DNA of 64,000 bases from Frankiales bacterium (GTDB taxonomy: Bacteria; Actinomycetota; Actinomycetes; Mycobacteriales; SCTD01): the NCBI GenBank assembly GCA_025465145.1, contig JAODNS010000136.1, forward strand, positions 1,069-65,068, written 5' to 3'. Of this stretch, positions 1-8,675 are shown piece after piece. The notes under the pieces are model-generated. The model saw nothing but the letters and a program-made list of their open reading frames with translations, did no database searches and was not told the origin of the DNA. The number at the start of each line of letters is the position of its first letter. Position 1 is the stretch's first letter. The position numbers were made by a program, and so were the translations under genes.

Positions 1-721
1 GCCCGAGGTCGTACGTGAAGGCTGCGTACAGGTGCAGCAGGTCCGCCTGGACGGGGCCGCGCGTCAAGGCCGCGAAGAACGCCACCGCGAAGAACATGCG
101 TCTGGGCGCGAAGACCTCCCGCCAGGGGAGGCTGGGGACGGCGGGGGCCGCAACGGCCGGTGTGGCGCCGGCGTCGTCCTGGGACACCAGGACAGGCACG
201 GCGGCGAGGAGCGACAGGACGGCGTAGGCGGCGAACGGCGCCCGGATCCCTCCGAGCTCCGCGAGAAAGCCCCCCACCAGCGGGCCCGCCATCTTGCCGG
301 TGTTGTCCATCCCGAACATCCAGGAGACGTGTCTGCCTCGCTGATCAGGAGGAGCGTTCTGCGAGATCGCGGCAAGGCGCCCGATCAGCCACATCTGCGC
401 TGCGCAGCCGCCAACGAAGCGGTACACCAACAGCTCGCCGAAGCTGTCTGCGTGGACGATGGCGAACCCGCTCGCAGCCGTCACGAGGGGGCCGCCGAGC
501 ATCACGCGGCGGCGACCGAATCGGTCGACCAGCCAGCCCGCGGGCAGGGTCCCCACGACGTTGCCGAGCAGGAACACCGTGACCACGCTGGTGGCGACGG
601 TAAACGTGACGCCGTAGGACCGCGCCAGCTGCGGAACCGCCGGCACGGCGACTCCCGCGCCAAGGGCGAAAATCAGCGCCGGCAGGTACGTGGAGAAGAC
701 CGAGCCGGCGGAGAGTGCGCC
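1..721 (-). CDS. MFS transporter, partial (C-terminal part lies left of the window); N-terminal boundary unresolved
   Basis: Absent from the ORF track because it has no stop inside the window. My minus-strand translation reads GALSAGSVFSTYLPALIFALGAGVAVPAVPQLARSYGV...LPAGWLVDRFGRRRVMLGGPLVTAASGF...YRFVGGCAAQMW...MFGMDNTGKMAGPLVGGFLAE, i.e. TM1, an MFS motif-A-like DRFGRRR loop and following helices. No ATG/GTG/TTG lies in frame between 646 and the in-frame stop at 833-835. Confidence 0.7.
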
Positions 722-762
722 TGACCGCCCGGGCGCACCCCGGCGGCGGCTGCCCCGACGTT

Positions 763-1818
763 CTACTGCGCGACCGTGACGCCGCGGCTGGCCAGGGCTG
801 CCTCGAACATCTCGCGGATCCGCGGGTCCTCGTCAGCCGTCTCGATCTGGTTTCCGCCGTGCTTGACGTCCTCGGCGATGCCCGTGTCCGCGAACACCTT
901 GTACTTGGCACTGTTCCAACGCAACGCCAGGTACTTCGCTGGCCGGTCTCCCACGTTGAAGTGCTGGTGGTACCACATGTTCGGAGGGACGACGAGGCTG
1001 CCTGGACCCCAGTCGAACCGCTGCGGCTCGCCGCCCTCCGGCCACATCAGCGTGTACCCCTCACCGCTCAGGATGACGACGTGCGCGCCCGGGCCGTGAC
1101 GGTGCGCCTTCTTGTAGCGGCCTACCGCGAACTCGGACACGTGCGCGCACATGCTGCTGTCCGCGAGCTCGATCATCCGGTTCGTGCTGCCCTTGCCTCG
1201 CTCGTCCCACAGGATCAGGGGGAGCTGGTCCACGTCGGCGACGAAGTTCGTGTCCCAGACGCGGCCCTCCAAGGCACGGCCCGCGCCGCTGAAGAAGTCG
1301 TCGTCCCCGTTGAACCGGTCCCTGAAGTCGAACGGGCAGTTGTACACGAAGTCGAGGTTGTGGAACAGGTTGATGATCAGGGGCGCCGAGGTGACCGCCA
1401 GGACGCGCGCCGTGTCGGCCCCACTCGCGTTGTGGTGCTGGTAGGACGCATTCAGGGGGATCGCGAACAGGCTGCCGGCGTGCCACTCGAACGTCCGCTT
1501 GTCGGACGGATCGAGCCAAACGCTCGTGGCGCCCCGGCCGGCGACCACGTAGACGAGCTCCTCGTACATGTGCTTCATCGGGTTGGTGCTCCTACCAGGA
1601 GCGATGTCCAGGACGTACCCGTCGTTCTTCTCGCCAGTGCCTTCGAGGTCGAGAAAGGCCCCCGCTCCACCCTTCCAAGGCCACGGTGCCGTCTCGACGG
1701 CGGCGATGTCGCGAACGTGGTAACCGGTGACGACCGGCACCGGATGCGCCTGCCGCCAGTCGTCGTAGGTGGAACGGCCTGTCGCGATTGCTCCGAGGCG
1801 GTCGGCGTCGATCGGCAC
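763..1818 (-). CDS. bicupin protein of unknown function (family often auto-annotated as ethanolamine ammonia-lyase activating protein / gentisate-dioxygenase-like)
   Basis: ORF 763..1989(-). Start trimmed to GTG 1816-1818, which sits 6 nt after AAGGAGG. Two cupin signatures: KHMYEELVYVVAGRG...YQHHN and AHRHGPGAHVVILSGEG...WYHQHFN. Clearly alignable to the paralog at 4977..6008. Confidence 0.8.
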   Translation of the reverse strand: MPIDADRLGAIATGRSTYDDWRQAHPVPVVTGYHVRDIAAVETAPWPWKGGAGAFLDLEGTGEKNDGYVLDIAPGRSTNPMKHMYEELVYVVAGRGATSVWLDPSDKRTFEWHAGSLFAIPLNASYQHHNASGADTARVLAVTSAPLIINLFHNLDFVYNCPFDFRDRFNGDDDFFSGAGRALEGRVWDTNFVADVDQLPLILWDERGKGSTNRMIELADSSMCAHVSEFAVGRYKKAHRHGPGAHVVILSGEGYTLMWPEGGEPQRFDWGPGSLVVPPNMWYHQHFNVGDRPAKYLALRWNSAKYKVFADTGIAEDVKHGGNQIETADEDPRIREMFEAALASRGVTVAQ

Positions 1819-1874
1819 GTGCACCCTCCTTCTTGGTCTGCTTGCGGGAATGAACGGGTCGCGTGAGGCGGTGC

Positions 1875-3383
1875 TCAGCGGAAGACGAGAGATTTGACGA
1901 CGACGGGCACGGCTCCTTGCTGCGGCTCGCCGATGTCCACGTAGCCCCAGTCGCCCACGTGCACCTGGTCGACCGCGAGGACGGGGCACGCGACCCCCAA
2001 CTCCCGGAACATGCCGCCGACCATGCCGGCCACGTCAGCATCTAGGAGCACGACGAGCAAGCGTGTGCCGTCGGCGCAGGTGCGCGGCAGCGCCTCCGCG
2101 AGCCCAGCGCAGACGGCCCGCAGCGTGGCGTAATCCACCGCGCCCGGCCATCTCACGGCGTAAGCCACCCGGTCCATGCCCTCGTCAAGGTCGCGCATCA
2201 CAAGGCCCTGCGCAACCTGCCCCGCCAGCGCTGCGCGCCAGCCACGTCCGGTGAGGTCCACTGGCACGACGGGGACGTCCCGGATCGGCAGCACCGGCAG
2301 CTCCGGCAGGCACAGCGTGTTGCCGCTGACCTGAACGCTGTACTGCGACGCTCCCACGACGGTCGCACGGATACCGATGTCCGGCATCACGGTGGCGAGC
2401 TCGTGCGTGTCCAGCTGTCGTTTGAGCTCCGCCGCCAGTTCCGGTCCGAGGTCGCTGACATCGACCGGGACGACGTCCCGGAAGTACTCGGAGACTCCGC
2501 CCGTGAGCGAGATGGCACTGATACCCGGGACAGGGGCCGGAAGGTCGGTGATCAAGAGCCGTCGAGTCGCCGCAGGCATCTGCGCGGCGCCGCGCAGATG
2601 CTCGATCATGTCCAGGAGCGCGTCCGCCATGCCACGAGCCGCAACGGCGCGGGTGCCGGGCGTCACTCGCGCCCCCAGTAGCGGCGGGTCGTCCACGAAC
2701 TGCGCGAACGACGCTTCCGCACGCGTCACCCTGCAGTCGTCGTCCCAGGCGACAAGGCGGGCGCCTACGGACATGGCCGCTGTCTGCACCACCCTCCCGT
2801 CAGCCACCACCGCGAACTTGGCGGTGCCCCCGCCGATGTCGAGGTTGAGCAGGACGCGCCCTTTGGAGAGCGCGAGCAGGCCGCTGCCCTGGGCAGCGAG
2901 CGAAGCCTCGAGGTGCGGCCCTGCGGTCGCACAGACGAAGTTGCCCGCTCGGGCGGAGAACAGCGCGAGGATCTTCTCTGCGTTCTCCTTCATCGCGGCC
3001 TCGCCAGTGATGATGACCGCGCCCGTGTCCACCGCGTCAGGCCGCAGGCCCGCCGCCGCGTACGCGGCGTCCAGCCGCTGGCCCAGCGCGTCGACGTCTA
3101 TGAGGGACGGCGCCTCATAAGGCGTCAGCGATACAGGGCTCTCGTACGTCGTCACCCGTTCCACGACTCTGTACGCGCTCGACAACCGCCTTCCGTCGCG
3201 TTCCAACACGAGGCGGGAGAACAGCAGGTGAGTGGTCGTCGAGCCGATGTCGATGCCGACGGTATGGAGGGTCAGAACCTCCGGGTGGTCCGACGGGCGC
3301 GGCCCGCCGCGTCCGTGTCGCTCCTGCACCGGCGGATCCGCAGCCAACTGCGCGCCCTCATCGGTACGGGACGCCGTTTCCAT
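1875..3383 (-). CDS. EutA-like ASKHA-fold ATPase (ethanolamine ammonia-lyase reactivating factor family), non-eut context
   Basis: ORF 1875..3725(-). Start trimmed to the in-frame ATG at 3381-3383 (METASRTDEG...). Actin-fold phosphate motifs VGIDIGSTTTH and LNLDIGGGTAKFAV. Length (about 500 aa) and order of conserved blocks (VIITGEAA, FVCATAGPHLEA) match EutA. Ends 56 nt upstream of the bicupin start, same strand. Confidence 0.75.
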   Translation of the reverse strand: METASRTDEGAQLAADPPVQERHGRGGPRPSDHPEVLTLHTVGIDIGSTTTHLLFSRLVLERDGRRLSSAYRVVERVTTYESPVSLTPYEAPSLIDVDALGQRLDAAYAAAGLRPDAVDTGAVIITGEAAMKENAEKILALFSARAGNFVCATAGPHLEASLAAQGSGLLALSKGRVLLNLDIGGGTAKFAVVADGRVVQTAAMSVGARLVAWDDDCRVTRAEASFAQFVDDPPLLGARVTPGTRAVAARGMADALLDMIEHLRGAAQMPAATRRLLITDLPAPVPGISAISLTGGVSEYFRDVVPVDVSDLGPELAAELKRQLDTHELATVMPDIGIRATVVGASQYSVQVSGNTLCLPELPVLPIRDVPVVPVDLTGRGWRAALAGQVAQGLVMRDLDEGMDRVAYAVRWPGAVDYATLRAVCAGLAEALPRTCADGTRLLVVLLDADVAGMVGGMFRELGVACPVLAVDQVHVGDWGYVDIGEPQQGAVPVVVKSLVFR

Positions 3384-3513
3384 CAGCGCAGCATGCCGCG
3401 CCACGACAACGCCGCGCGGGTCCGTGTTCCACTGCCCGGAACGCGCCCCCGCCGGCGCGTGCGCGGCCGCCCGACACTCCAGTGGGTGCCTGACCGAACC
3501 GAACGGAGACCTT

Positions 3514-3936
3514 GTGGAGCTCGACTGGTCCCGCGCGGCTGCCGCTGCCGCTGCGGCTGCGGCAGCGGCTGACGAGCAGGGCATCGCCGTCACCATCTGT
3601 CTTGCTGATTCGCACGGCGTGCCAGTCCTTCTGCGGAGGATGGATGGAGCGGCGTGGGCGACGGCGCGCATAGCCGAGGCCAAAGCGTTCGCGGCAGCCG
3701 CGTTCGGATCCTTCGCCGCCAGCACTCAGTCGATGCACGAGCGCGCGGCGTCGAGCGGCTTCTGGTCGACCGCGCCAGGGCTCTTCCCCGGACAGGTCGC
3801 CTACGGCGACGGGGGCCTGCCGCTGTTCCTTGGCGGCGTCGCTGTTGGTGCGGTAGGCATCAGCGGCGGGACGGGCGCCCAGGACAGGGCGTGTGCAGAC
3901 GCCGCGGCAGCTGCGCTGTCGCCGCCACAGCCATGA
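3514..3936 (+). CDS. GlcG/HbpS-like DUF336 protein (heme/corrinoid-binding fold) with an N-terminal 12-alanine run
   Basis: ORF 3232..3936(+). Start trimmed to GTG 3514 (GGAG 5 nt upstream). Block IAVTICLADSHGVPVLLRRMDGAAWATARIAEAKAFAAAAF...GGLPLF.GGVAVGAVGISGGTGAQD is typical of DUF336. Divergent from the EutA-like gene. Confidence 0.75.
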   Translation: MELDWSRAAAAAAAAAAAADEQGIAVTICLADSHGVPVLLRRMDGAAWATARIAEAKAFAAAAFGSFAASTQSMHERAASSGFWSTAPGLFPGQVAYGDGGLPLFLGGVAVGAVGISGGTGAQDRACADAAAAALSPPQP

Positions 3937-3985
3937 CGCGGGCGGCCTCGTCCCAGGCGCCCTTGGCGGCGGGAGGGTTCGGCAC

Positions 3986-4966
3986 GTGCGGCGGCTGACG
4001 GTGACGGCTGCTCTTGCCGGGTACGACCACGTGCGCGACCTCGCGACGGGCGACGTGTCGCCGCAGGGCGCAGACCTGCTTGTGCTGTCGTACCCGATCG
4101 AGGAGATGTTCGAGCGCTTCCTGAGGCTTCGCGAGTGGCACATCTCGGAGATGTCGCTCGCGAAGTATTGCGCGCTCCGGTCGCAGGGCGACACCTCGAT
4201 GGTCGGGCTGCCGGTCTTCCCGCTCCGCGCGTTCCGGCACTCCGCGATGTACGTGCGCGGCGACTCGCCGCTGTCGAATCCGTCACAGCTCGCCGGGCGC
4301 ACCGTCGGCGTTCCGGAATGGGCTCAGACAGCCGGCGTCTACGTGCGCGGGCTGCTCACCCACGAGTACGGCGTCGCCGTGCATGACGTGACGTGGGTGC
4401 AGGCGGGCGTCAACCAGCCGGGCAGGCTTGAAAAGGTCCGCGTCGCTCTTCCTGCCGGCGTCCGCTGCTCCTCCATGCCTGAGTCGTCCCTCAACGACCT
4501 CCTGCTTGCGGGCGCGATCGACGCCGTGTTCGCGGCGCACCCTCCCGACGGGACCGGGGACGGCAGCATCCGGCCCCTGCTCGCGGATCGGCGGGCCGAG
4601 GAGGCCGCCTACTGGTCACGGACCGGCATCTTCCCGATCATGCACCTGGTGGTGGTACGGGACGACGTGGTGGCGGATCATCCGTGGCTCCCGCTCTCGC
4701 TTTACCGGGCGTTCGACGAGGCGAAGCGCCGCAGCGCAGCGAGGATGCTCGACACCGTCGTGCCCAGGTTCCCGTCGCCGTGGGTCGCGGACGCGGCGCG
4801 GGACGTGGTCGCGGAGCACGGCGACCCGTGGCCGTACGGCATCCATCCGAACCGACCGACGTTGGAAGCCTTCCTCAGCTACTCATGGGAGCAAGGGCTG
4901 CTCGCGACGCCGTTGACGCCGGACGATCTCTTCCCCGCGGACACCGCCGACGGCTACCGCGTCTGA
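3986..4966 (+). CDS. 4,5-dihydroxyphthalate decarboxylase-like protein (PhtD family, periplasmic-binding-protein-like fold)
   Basis: ORF 3893..4966(+). Start trimmed to GTG 3986 (GGGAGGG 8 nt upstream). Blocks LTVTAALAGYDHVRDL..G.V.P.G, EEMFERFLRLREWHISEMSLAKY, LPVFPLRAFRHSAMYV and GVPEWAQTAGVYVRGLLTHEYGV match my memory of PhtD-type decarboxylases. About 326 aa. Confidence 0.7.
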   Translation: MRRLTVTAALAGYDHVRDLATGDVSPQGADLLVLSYPIEEMFERFLRLREWHISEMSLAKYCALRSQGDTSMVGLPVFPLRAFRHSAMYVRGDSPLSNPSQLAGRTVGVPEWAQTAGVYVRGLLTHEYGVAVHDVTWVQAGVNQPGRLEKVRVALPAGVRCSSMPESSLNDLLLAGAIDAVFAAHPPDGTGDGSIRPLLADRRAEEAAYWSRTGIFPIMHLVVVRDDVVADHPWLPLSLYRAFDEAKRRSAARMLDTVVPRFPSPWVADAARDVVAEHGDPWPYGIHPNRPTLEAFLSYSWEQGLLATPLTPDDLFPADTADGYRV

Positions 4967-4976
4967 GCCCGCGCGC

Positions 4977-6008
4977 TCAGCGGCCTCCGCGCGCGGCCGC
5001 GGCCCGCGCGCTGTCGAACATCTCTCTCACCTTCGGGTCCTCGTCCTCGTACTCGATCTGGTCGCCGCCGAGCCTGGTGCTCAGGTTCGACGACGGAATT
5101 CCATCCGCCGTGAACACCCGGTTGTCGAAGTACCGGAGCGCGAGGTACCTCGCGGGCTCGGTGCCGGTGTTGAAGTGCTGGTGGAACCAGCCATCCGGCG
5201 GCACGATGAGCGACCCCGGCCGCCAGTCGTAGCGCGCGAGCTCGGCGCCCTGACGCCACATCAGGCTGTAGCCGCATCCGTCCAGGATGACGACGTGAGC
5301 ACCGGCGCCATGCCGATGCGCCTTCTTGTACTCCCCGACCGCGAACTCTGAGATGTGCGCTTTCATGGAGTTGCCCGCCAGAGTCAGCTGGATGTTGCGT
5401 CCACCGCCGCCGCGTTCGGGGTAGTCGATTAGCCCGAAGGCGCGGACGTCCGCGATGAAGTTCGTACGCCACTCCCTCCCGTGCAGGACCCCCTCCCCGC
5501 TGAAGTACCCGGGATCCCCGTCGAAGCGGTCCTCGAACATGTGCTCGCAGCCGTAGACGAAGTCGAGCGACCTGAACATGTTCAGCACGACTGGGGCGTT
5601 CGTGACCATGAGCAGGCGCGCTGGCTCAGCGCCATCACCGTTGAAGTGCTGGTGCGCGGCGTTCAACGGCACTGCGAACAGACTCCCCGTTCGCCACTCG
5701 AACGCATGGACGTTGCCGCGGCCGTCAGCGACGCGCGTAGCGCCCCGCCCGGACAGCACGTAGACCATCTCCTCGAAGAGGTGGCGCTCCTCGGCCAGTT
5801 CCCCGCCCGGGGCGATTGCGACAATCCGGCAGTCATTGGAGTCGTTGCTCCGGTCATGGTTCAGGATCGCCGCCGCACCACCCACGCGCGGCCAAGGCTG
5901 GAGCGGCACCTCGAGCAGGTCCTCCTGGTAGTTCCCGGACAAGGCGACGAGGCCCTCGTCCCGGAGCCACGCGCTGTACGGACTGCGCACGCCACCTGCT
6001 TGGTTCAC
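4977..6008 (-). CDS. bicupin protein, paralog of 763..1818
   Basis: ORF 4977..6008(-). Motifs RHLFEEMVYVLSGRG...AAHQHFN and AHRHGAGAHVVILDGCG...WFHQHFN. The GTG start overlaps the stop of the upstream GntR gene (GTGA). Confidence 0.8.
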   Translation of the reverse strand: MNQAGGVRSPYSAWLRDEGLVALSGNYQEDLLEVPLQPWPRVGGAAAILNHDRSNDSNDCRIVAIAPGGELAEERHLFEEMVYVLSGRGATRVADGRGNVHAFEWRTGSLFAVPLNAAHQHFNGDGAEPARLLMVTNAPVVLNMFRSLDFVYGCEHMFEDRFDGDPGYFSGEGVLHGREWRTNFIADVRAFGLIDYPERGGGGRNIQLTLAGNSMKAHISEFAVGEYKKAHRHGAGAHVVILDGCGYSLMWRQGAELARYDWRPGSLIVPPDGWFHQHFNTGTEPARYLALRYFDNRVFTADGIPSSNLSTRLGGDQIEYEDEDPKVREMFDSARAAAARGGR

Positions 6009-6832
6009 TGGGAGGTCCCCTTCCGGACCGCCGCCTGAGCCCCGGTCGGCGCCGCCGCTCCGGCACCCGCCCGTCGGCGCAGCGCGGAACGCGCGCGGCC
6101 GCCTGTAGTGCGCGAGCCGCTGTAGTTGCCGTCAAGCCAGAGCCGGTGAAGCCGCCGGAGGTGGCGTTCGGTCTCCGCTATGGCCGACTCCGCGTCGCGT
6201 TCCTTCAAGTGCCTGAGCAGCCGCGAACGCGACGCCACCATCGACCGGTCCTGGATCGGTCCGACGGACAGGATGACGTCGCGCATGAGGTCGACGAGGG
6301 ACCGCATGGAGACGCTGAGGATCGGGTTGGCGCAGGTGTCGGCCAGCAGGTTGTGGAACTCCAGGTGGACGAGCGCCTTCCCGGTCCAGTCTCTGTGTGC
6401 GGTCAGCGCAGCGGCGTCGCGCACGTTCGCAGCCAGTGCGTCGAGATCACCGGCCGTCATGCGCTGGCAGGCGACCCGCAGAACGACGGACTCGATCCAG
6501 ATCCAGGCCTCGACGAGGTCTAGGAGCGAGAAGTCCGTGAGCTGCAGCGAATCGGAGAGAGTCCGCGCCACCCGGGCCGGCTCGACGCGAGACACAAATG
6601 CCCCACCGGTCGCGCCGAGCTTCAACGTCACCAGCCCGCTGATCTCCAGCATCCGGAGCGCTTCGCGCACCGTGTTCCGACTGACGCCGAACATTTCTGC
6701 CAGCTGCCGCTCCGCAGGCAGCCGGTCTCCGGGTTGCAACTCGCCGCTCAACACGTGCTCCCGGATCTGCGAGATGATCTCGTCGAAGGCGCGGCGGGGC
6801 TTCGCGCTGGTGAACAACGCACCAGCCGTCAC
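6005..6832 (-). CDS. GntR/FadR-family transcriptional regulator
   Basis: ORF 6005..6919(-). wHTH block PGDRLPAERQLAEMFGVSRNTVREALRMLEISGLV followed by an FCD-like helical domain. Start tentatively trimmed to the in-frame GTG at 6832; the track start is a TTG abutting the IclR stop. Confidence 0.8.
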   Translation of the reverse strand: MTAGALFTSAKPRRAFDEIISQIREHVLSGELQPGDRLPAERQLAEMFGVSRNTVREALRMLEISGLVTLKLGATGGAFVSRVEPARVARTLSDSLQLTDFSLLDLVEAWIWIESVVLRVACQRMTAGDLDALAANVRDAAALTAHRDWTGKALVHLEFHNLLADTCANPILSVSMRSLVDLMRDVILSVGPIQDRSMVASRSRLLRHLKERDAESAIAETERHLRRLHRLWLDGNYSGSRTTGGRARSALRRRAGAGAAAPTGAQAAVRKGTSQ

Positions 6833-6919
6833 GACCGGCCGAACGCGAGCGTCATCACGGACTTCCGGCTGCTTCAGGTGCCCCCTGGCCGCGGCTGCGG
6901 CGGGCGTCCGCGCGGGCAA

Positions 6920-7696
6920 CTAGGCGCCGCGGGCGAACGACTCAAGCGGCAGCGCGCGTGCGACGGCGTCGGCCGCCTGCCGCAGCATGACGGTCAGGCG
7001 CGGGACGCGAAGTTGACTGGACCAGCCACTGACAGACAGTGCTGCGACCGCAGATCCCTCACCGTCCCGTACGGGCACGGCAACACAGCCCACGCCGGCA
7101 GTGCACTCCTCCCGGTCGAAAGCCAGGTCCCGCTCTCGCACCGCCTTCAGCTCGCGACCGAGCAGTCCCACCATAGTGACCGTCCGCGGCGTCCGTCGAT
7201 CGAACTTCGCGTCACCGATCCACCCGAGGGCGTCCGTGCTCGCGTACGCGAGCAGCGCCTTGCCGACGCCGGTGCAGTGCGCGGGCATGCGACCGCCCAC
7301 CCGGGATGGCAGAACAGGGCCACTCGCCGGATTCAGCTTCTCGACGTACACGACGTCAGCGCCGTCGAGAACGGCGAGATGAACTGTGAGGCCGCTCTGC
7401 GCTTGGAGCTGTGCGAGGGCCGGCGCGGCGACCTCCCGGAGCTGACGCTGACGTGGCGCCAGTTGCCCGAGCTCGAACAGGCGGAGGCCAAGCCGCACTC
7501 CATCACCCGTGCGCTCGACCATCCCCCACGTCTCGAGTTCCTTCAGGAGGCGGTGGGCAGTGGGCTTCGGCAATCCGCTGCGCCGGCTCAGCTCGGTCAA
7601 CGTCAGCGCCTGGTCGTCCGCTCGGAAGCTGCTGAGCAGCGTCAGTGCTCGACCCAGAACCGATGGCGGAACGCCCGCTCGCGAGGTGTGACGCAT
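6920..7696 (-). CDS. IclR-family transcriptional regulator
   Basis: ORF 6920..7744(-). Start trimmed to ATG 7694-7696 (MRHTSRAG...). HTH LTLTELSRRSGLPKPTAHRLLKELETWGMV and effector domain GRMPAHCTGVGKALLA...ECTAGVGCVAVPV. Confidence 0.85.
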   Translation of the reverse strand: MRHTSRAGVPPSVLGRALTLLSSFRADDQALTLTELSRRSGLPKPTAHRLLKELETWGMVERTGDGVRLGLRLFELGQLAPRQRQLREVAAPALAQLQAQSGLTVHLAVLDGADVVYVEKLNPASGPVLPSRVGGRMPAHCTGVGKALLAYASTDALGWIGDAKFDRRTPRTVTMVGLLGRELKAVRERDLAFDREECTAGVGCVAVPVRDGEGSAVAALSVSGWSSQLRVPRLTVMLRQAADAVARALPLESFARGA

Positions 7697-8094
7697 AGCC
7701 GCATTGTGCACGTGACCGCCGTCACACGCCAGCGAAACGTCCAACCATTGACAGAATCTTTCCGTGACGCGCGGACGCGGGCGGCACGGGAGCTGCGTTC
7801 CAAGGTGACTGTGTGGGCATGACGATCAGCTAGAAGGGGGGCATCGTCCGGACTCAGCGTGAGGATCATTCGGTTTCTTCGAACGACCTGATGCAAAATC
7901 GTCCAGCCGCGCCCGGACGACGTGGGTGACGTATGGCGTGACCGCGGGACGCGTACAAGCGGCGTCGCTCGGGCTGCGCAACGGCTCTTTGCCTGGGCAC
8001 TAGGGAATTGTGGTCACGCTGCCGACGACCGTACGAGCCAGACTCCCGGCGCTGTTCTGCGGAGCCGTCCGACCGGGTCGTCGACCCGCTGCCG

Positions 8095-8646
8095 CTAGCA
8101 GCAGGAGTCGACGGTGGGCGCGTCCGCCGACGCGCTGGCGGTGCCGCAGCAGACGACGCCGTCCGTGACCTGGTCGGCGGCGACGACGGTCTGCGGACTG
8201 GCGCCGAAGGTGGGGCTGTCGGCGAGGACGGTGTAGACCTCCCAGCGCTCACCGTCCGGGCCGGTCACCCAGACCTTGTCCTGGGTGGCGAAGCAGCAGG
8301 TCGTGCCGATCTCCTCGTCGGTGAACAGCCCCTCGTCGGTGAGGCGAGCGATCTCTGCGTGGACCTTGTCGCTAGCCGTGACCTCGACGCCGAGGTGGTT
8401 GATGGTGCCTCCCTTGCCGGGGTTTTCCAGCAGGACCAGCTTGAGGGGCGGGGAGGCAACCGCGAAGTTCGCGTAGCCGGGCCGGACCTTCGCGGGCAGG
8501 GTGGCGAACAGCCTTGTGTAGAACGCGACTGCCTCGTCGAGGTCGTCGACGTTCAGAGCGAGCTGAAGTCGTCCGCCCTCGGGCGTCGGCGTCGGCGCCG
8601 GCGCGGTGTCGAGGGCGGGGGTCGTCGGGTCGGTCGTCGCGGTCAT
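8095..8646 (-). CDS. ArsI/CadI-family glyoxalase-fold metalloid/heavy-metal resistance enzyme
   Basis: C-terminal part of ORF 8095..9204(-), starting at ATG 8644-8646. VOC-fold blocks LQLALNVDDLDEAVAFY and INHLGVEV. Vicinal cysteines in GTTCCFATQDKVWV, plus a Cys-rich tail VCCG...DSCC. Confidence 0.75.
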   Translation of the reverse strand: MTATTDPTTPALDTAPAPTPTPEGGRLQLALNVDDLDEAVAFYTRLFATLPAKVRPGYANFAVASPPLKLVLLENPGKGGTINHLGVEVTASDKVHAEIARLTDEGLFTDEEIGTTCCFATQDKVWVTGPDGERWEVYTVLADSPTFGASPQTVVAADQVTDGVVCCGTASASADAPTVDSCC

Positions 8647-8659
8647 GCTGGCTCCCAGG

Positions 8660-8675
8660 TTAGATGAATGTCTAA
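8660..8675. promoter_or_regulatory. AT-rich inverted repeat TTAGA-N6-TCTAA in the cadI/arsR divergent region, candidate ArsR operator
   Basis: Read directly: TTAGATGAATGTCTAA, 14 nt from the ArsI/CadI start. The only AT-rich palindrome in the 105-nt divergent spacer. No binding data. Confidence 0.3.

Noticed and set aside
1875-3383. Reading the EutA-like gene as evidence of an ethanolamine utilisation (eut) operon
   Set aside because: The window has no eutB/eutC lyase subunits, microcompartment shell genes or aldehyde dehydrogenase/eutE-type genes. The neighbours are cupins and a decarboxylase.
3535-3570. Short tandem repeats as a possible CRISPR or minisatellite (GCN run here, ACC x5 at 38335-38349, Ala/Pro codon runs elsewhere)
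   Set aside because: These are in-frame codon repeats inside genes, 15-36 nt long, without spacers. They are not CRISPR-like.
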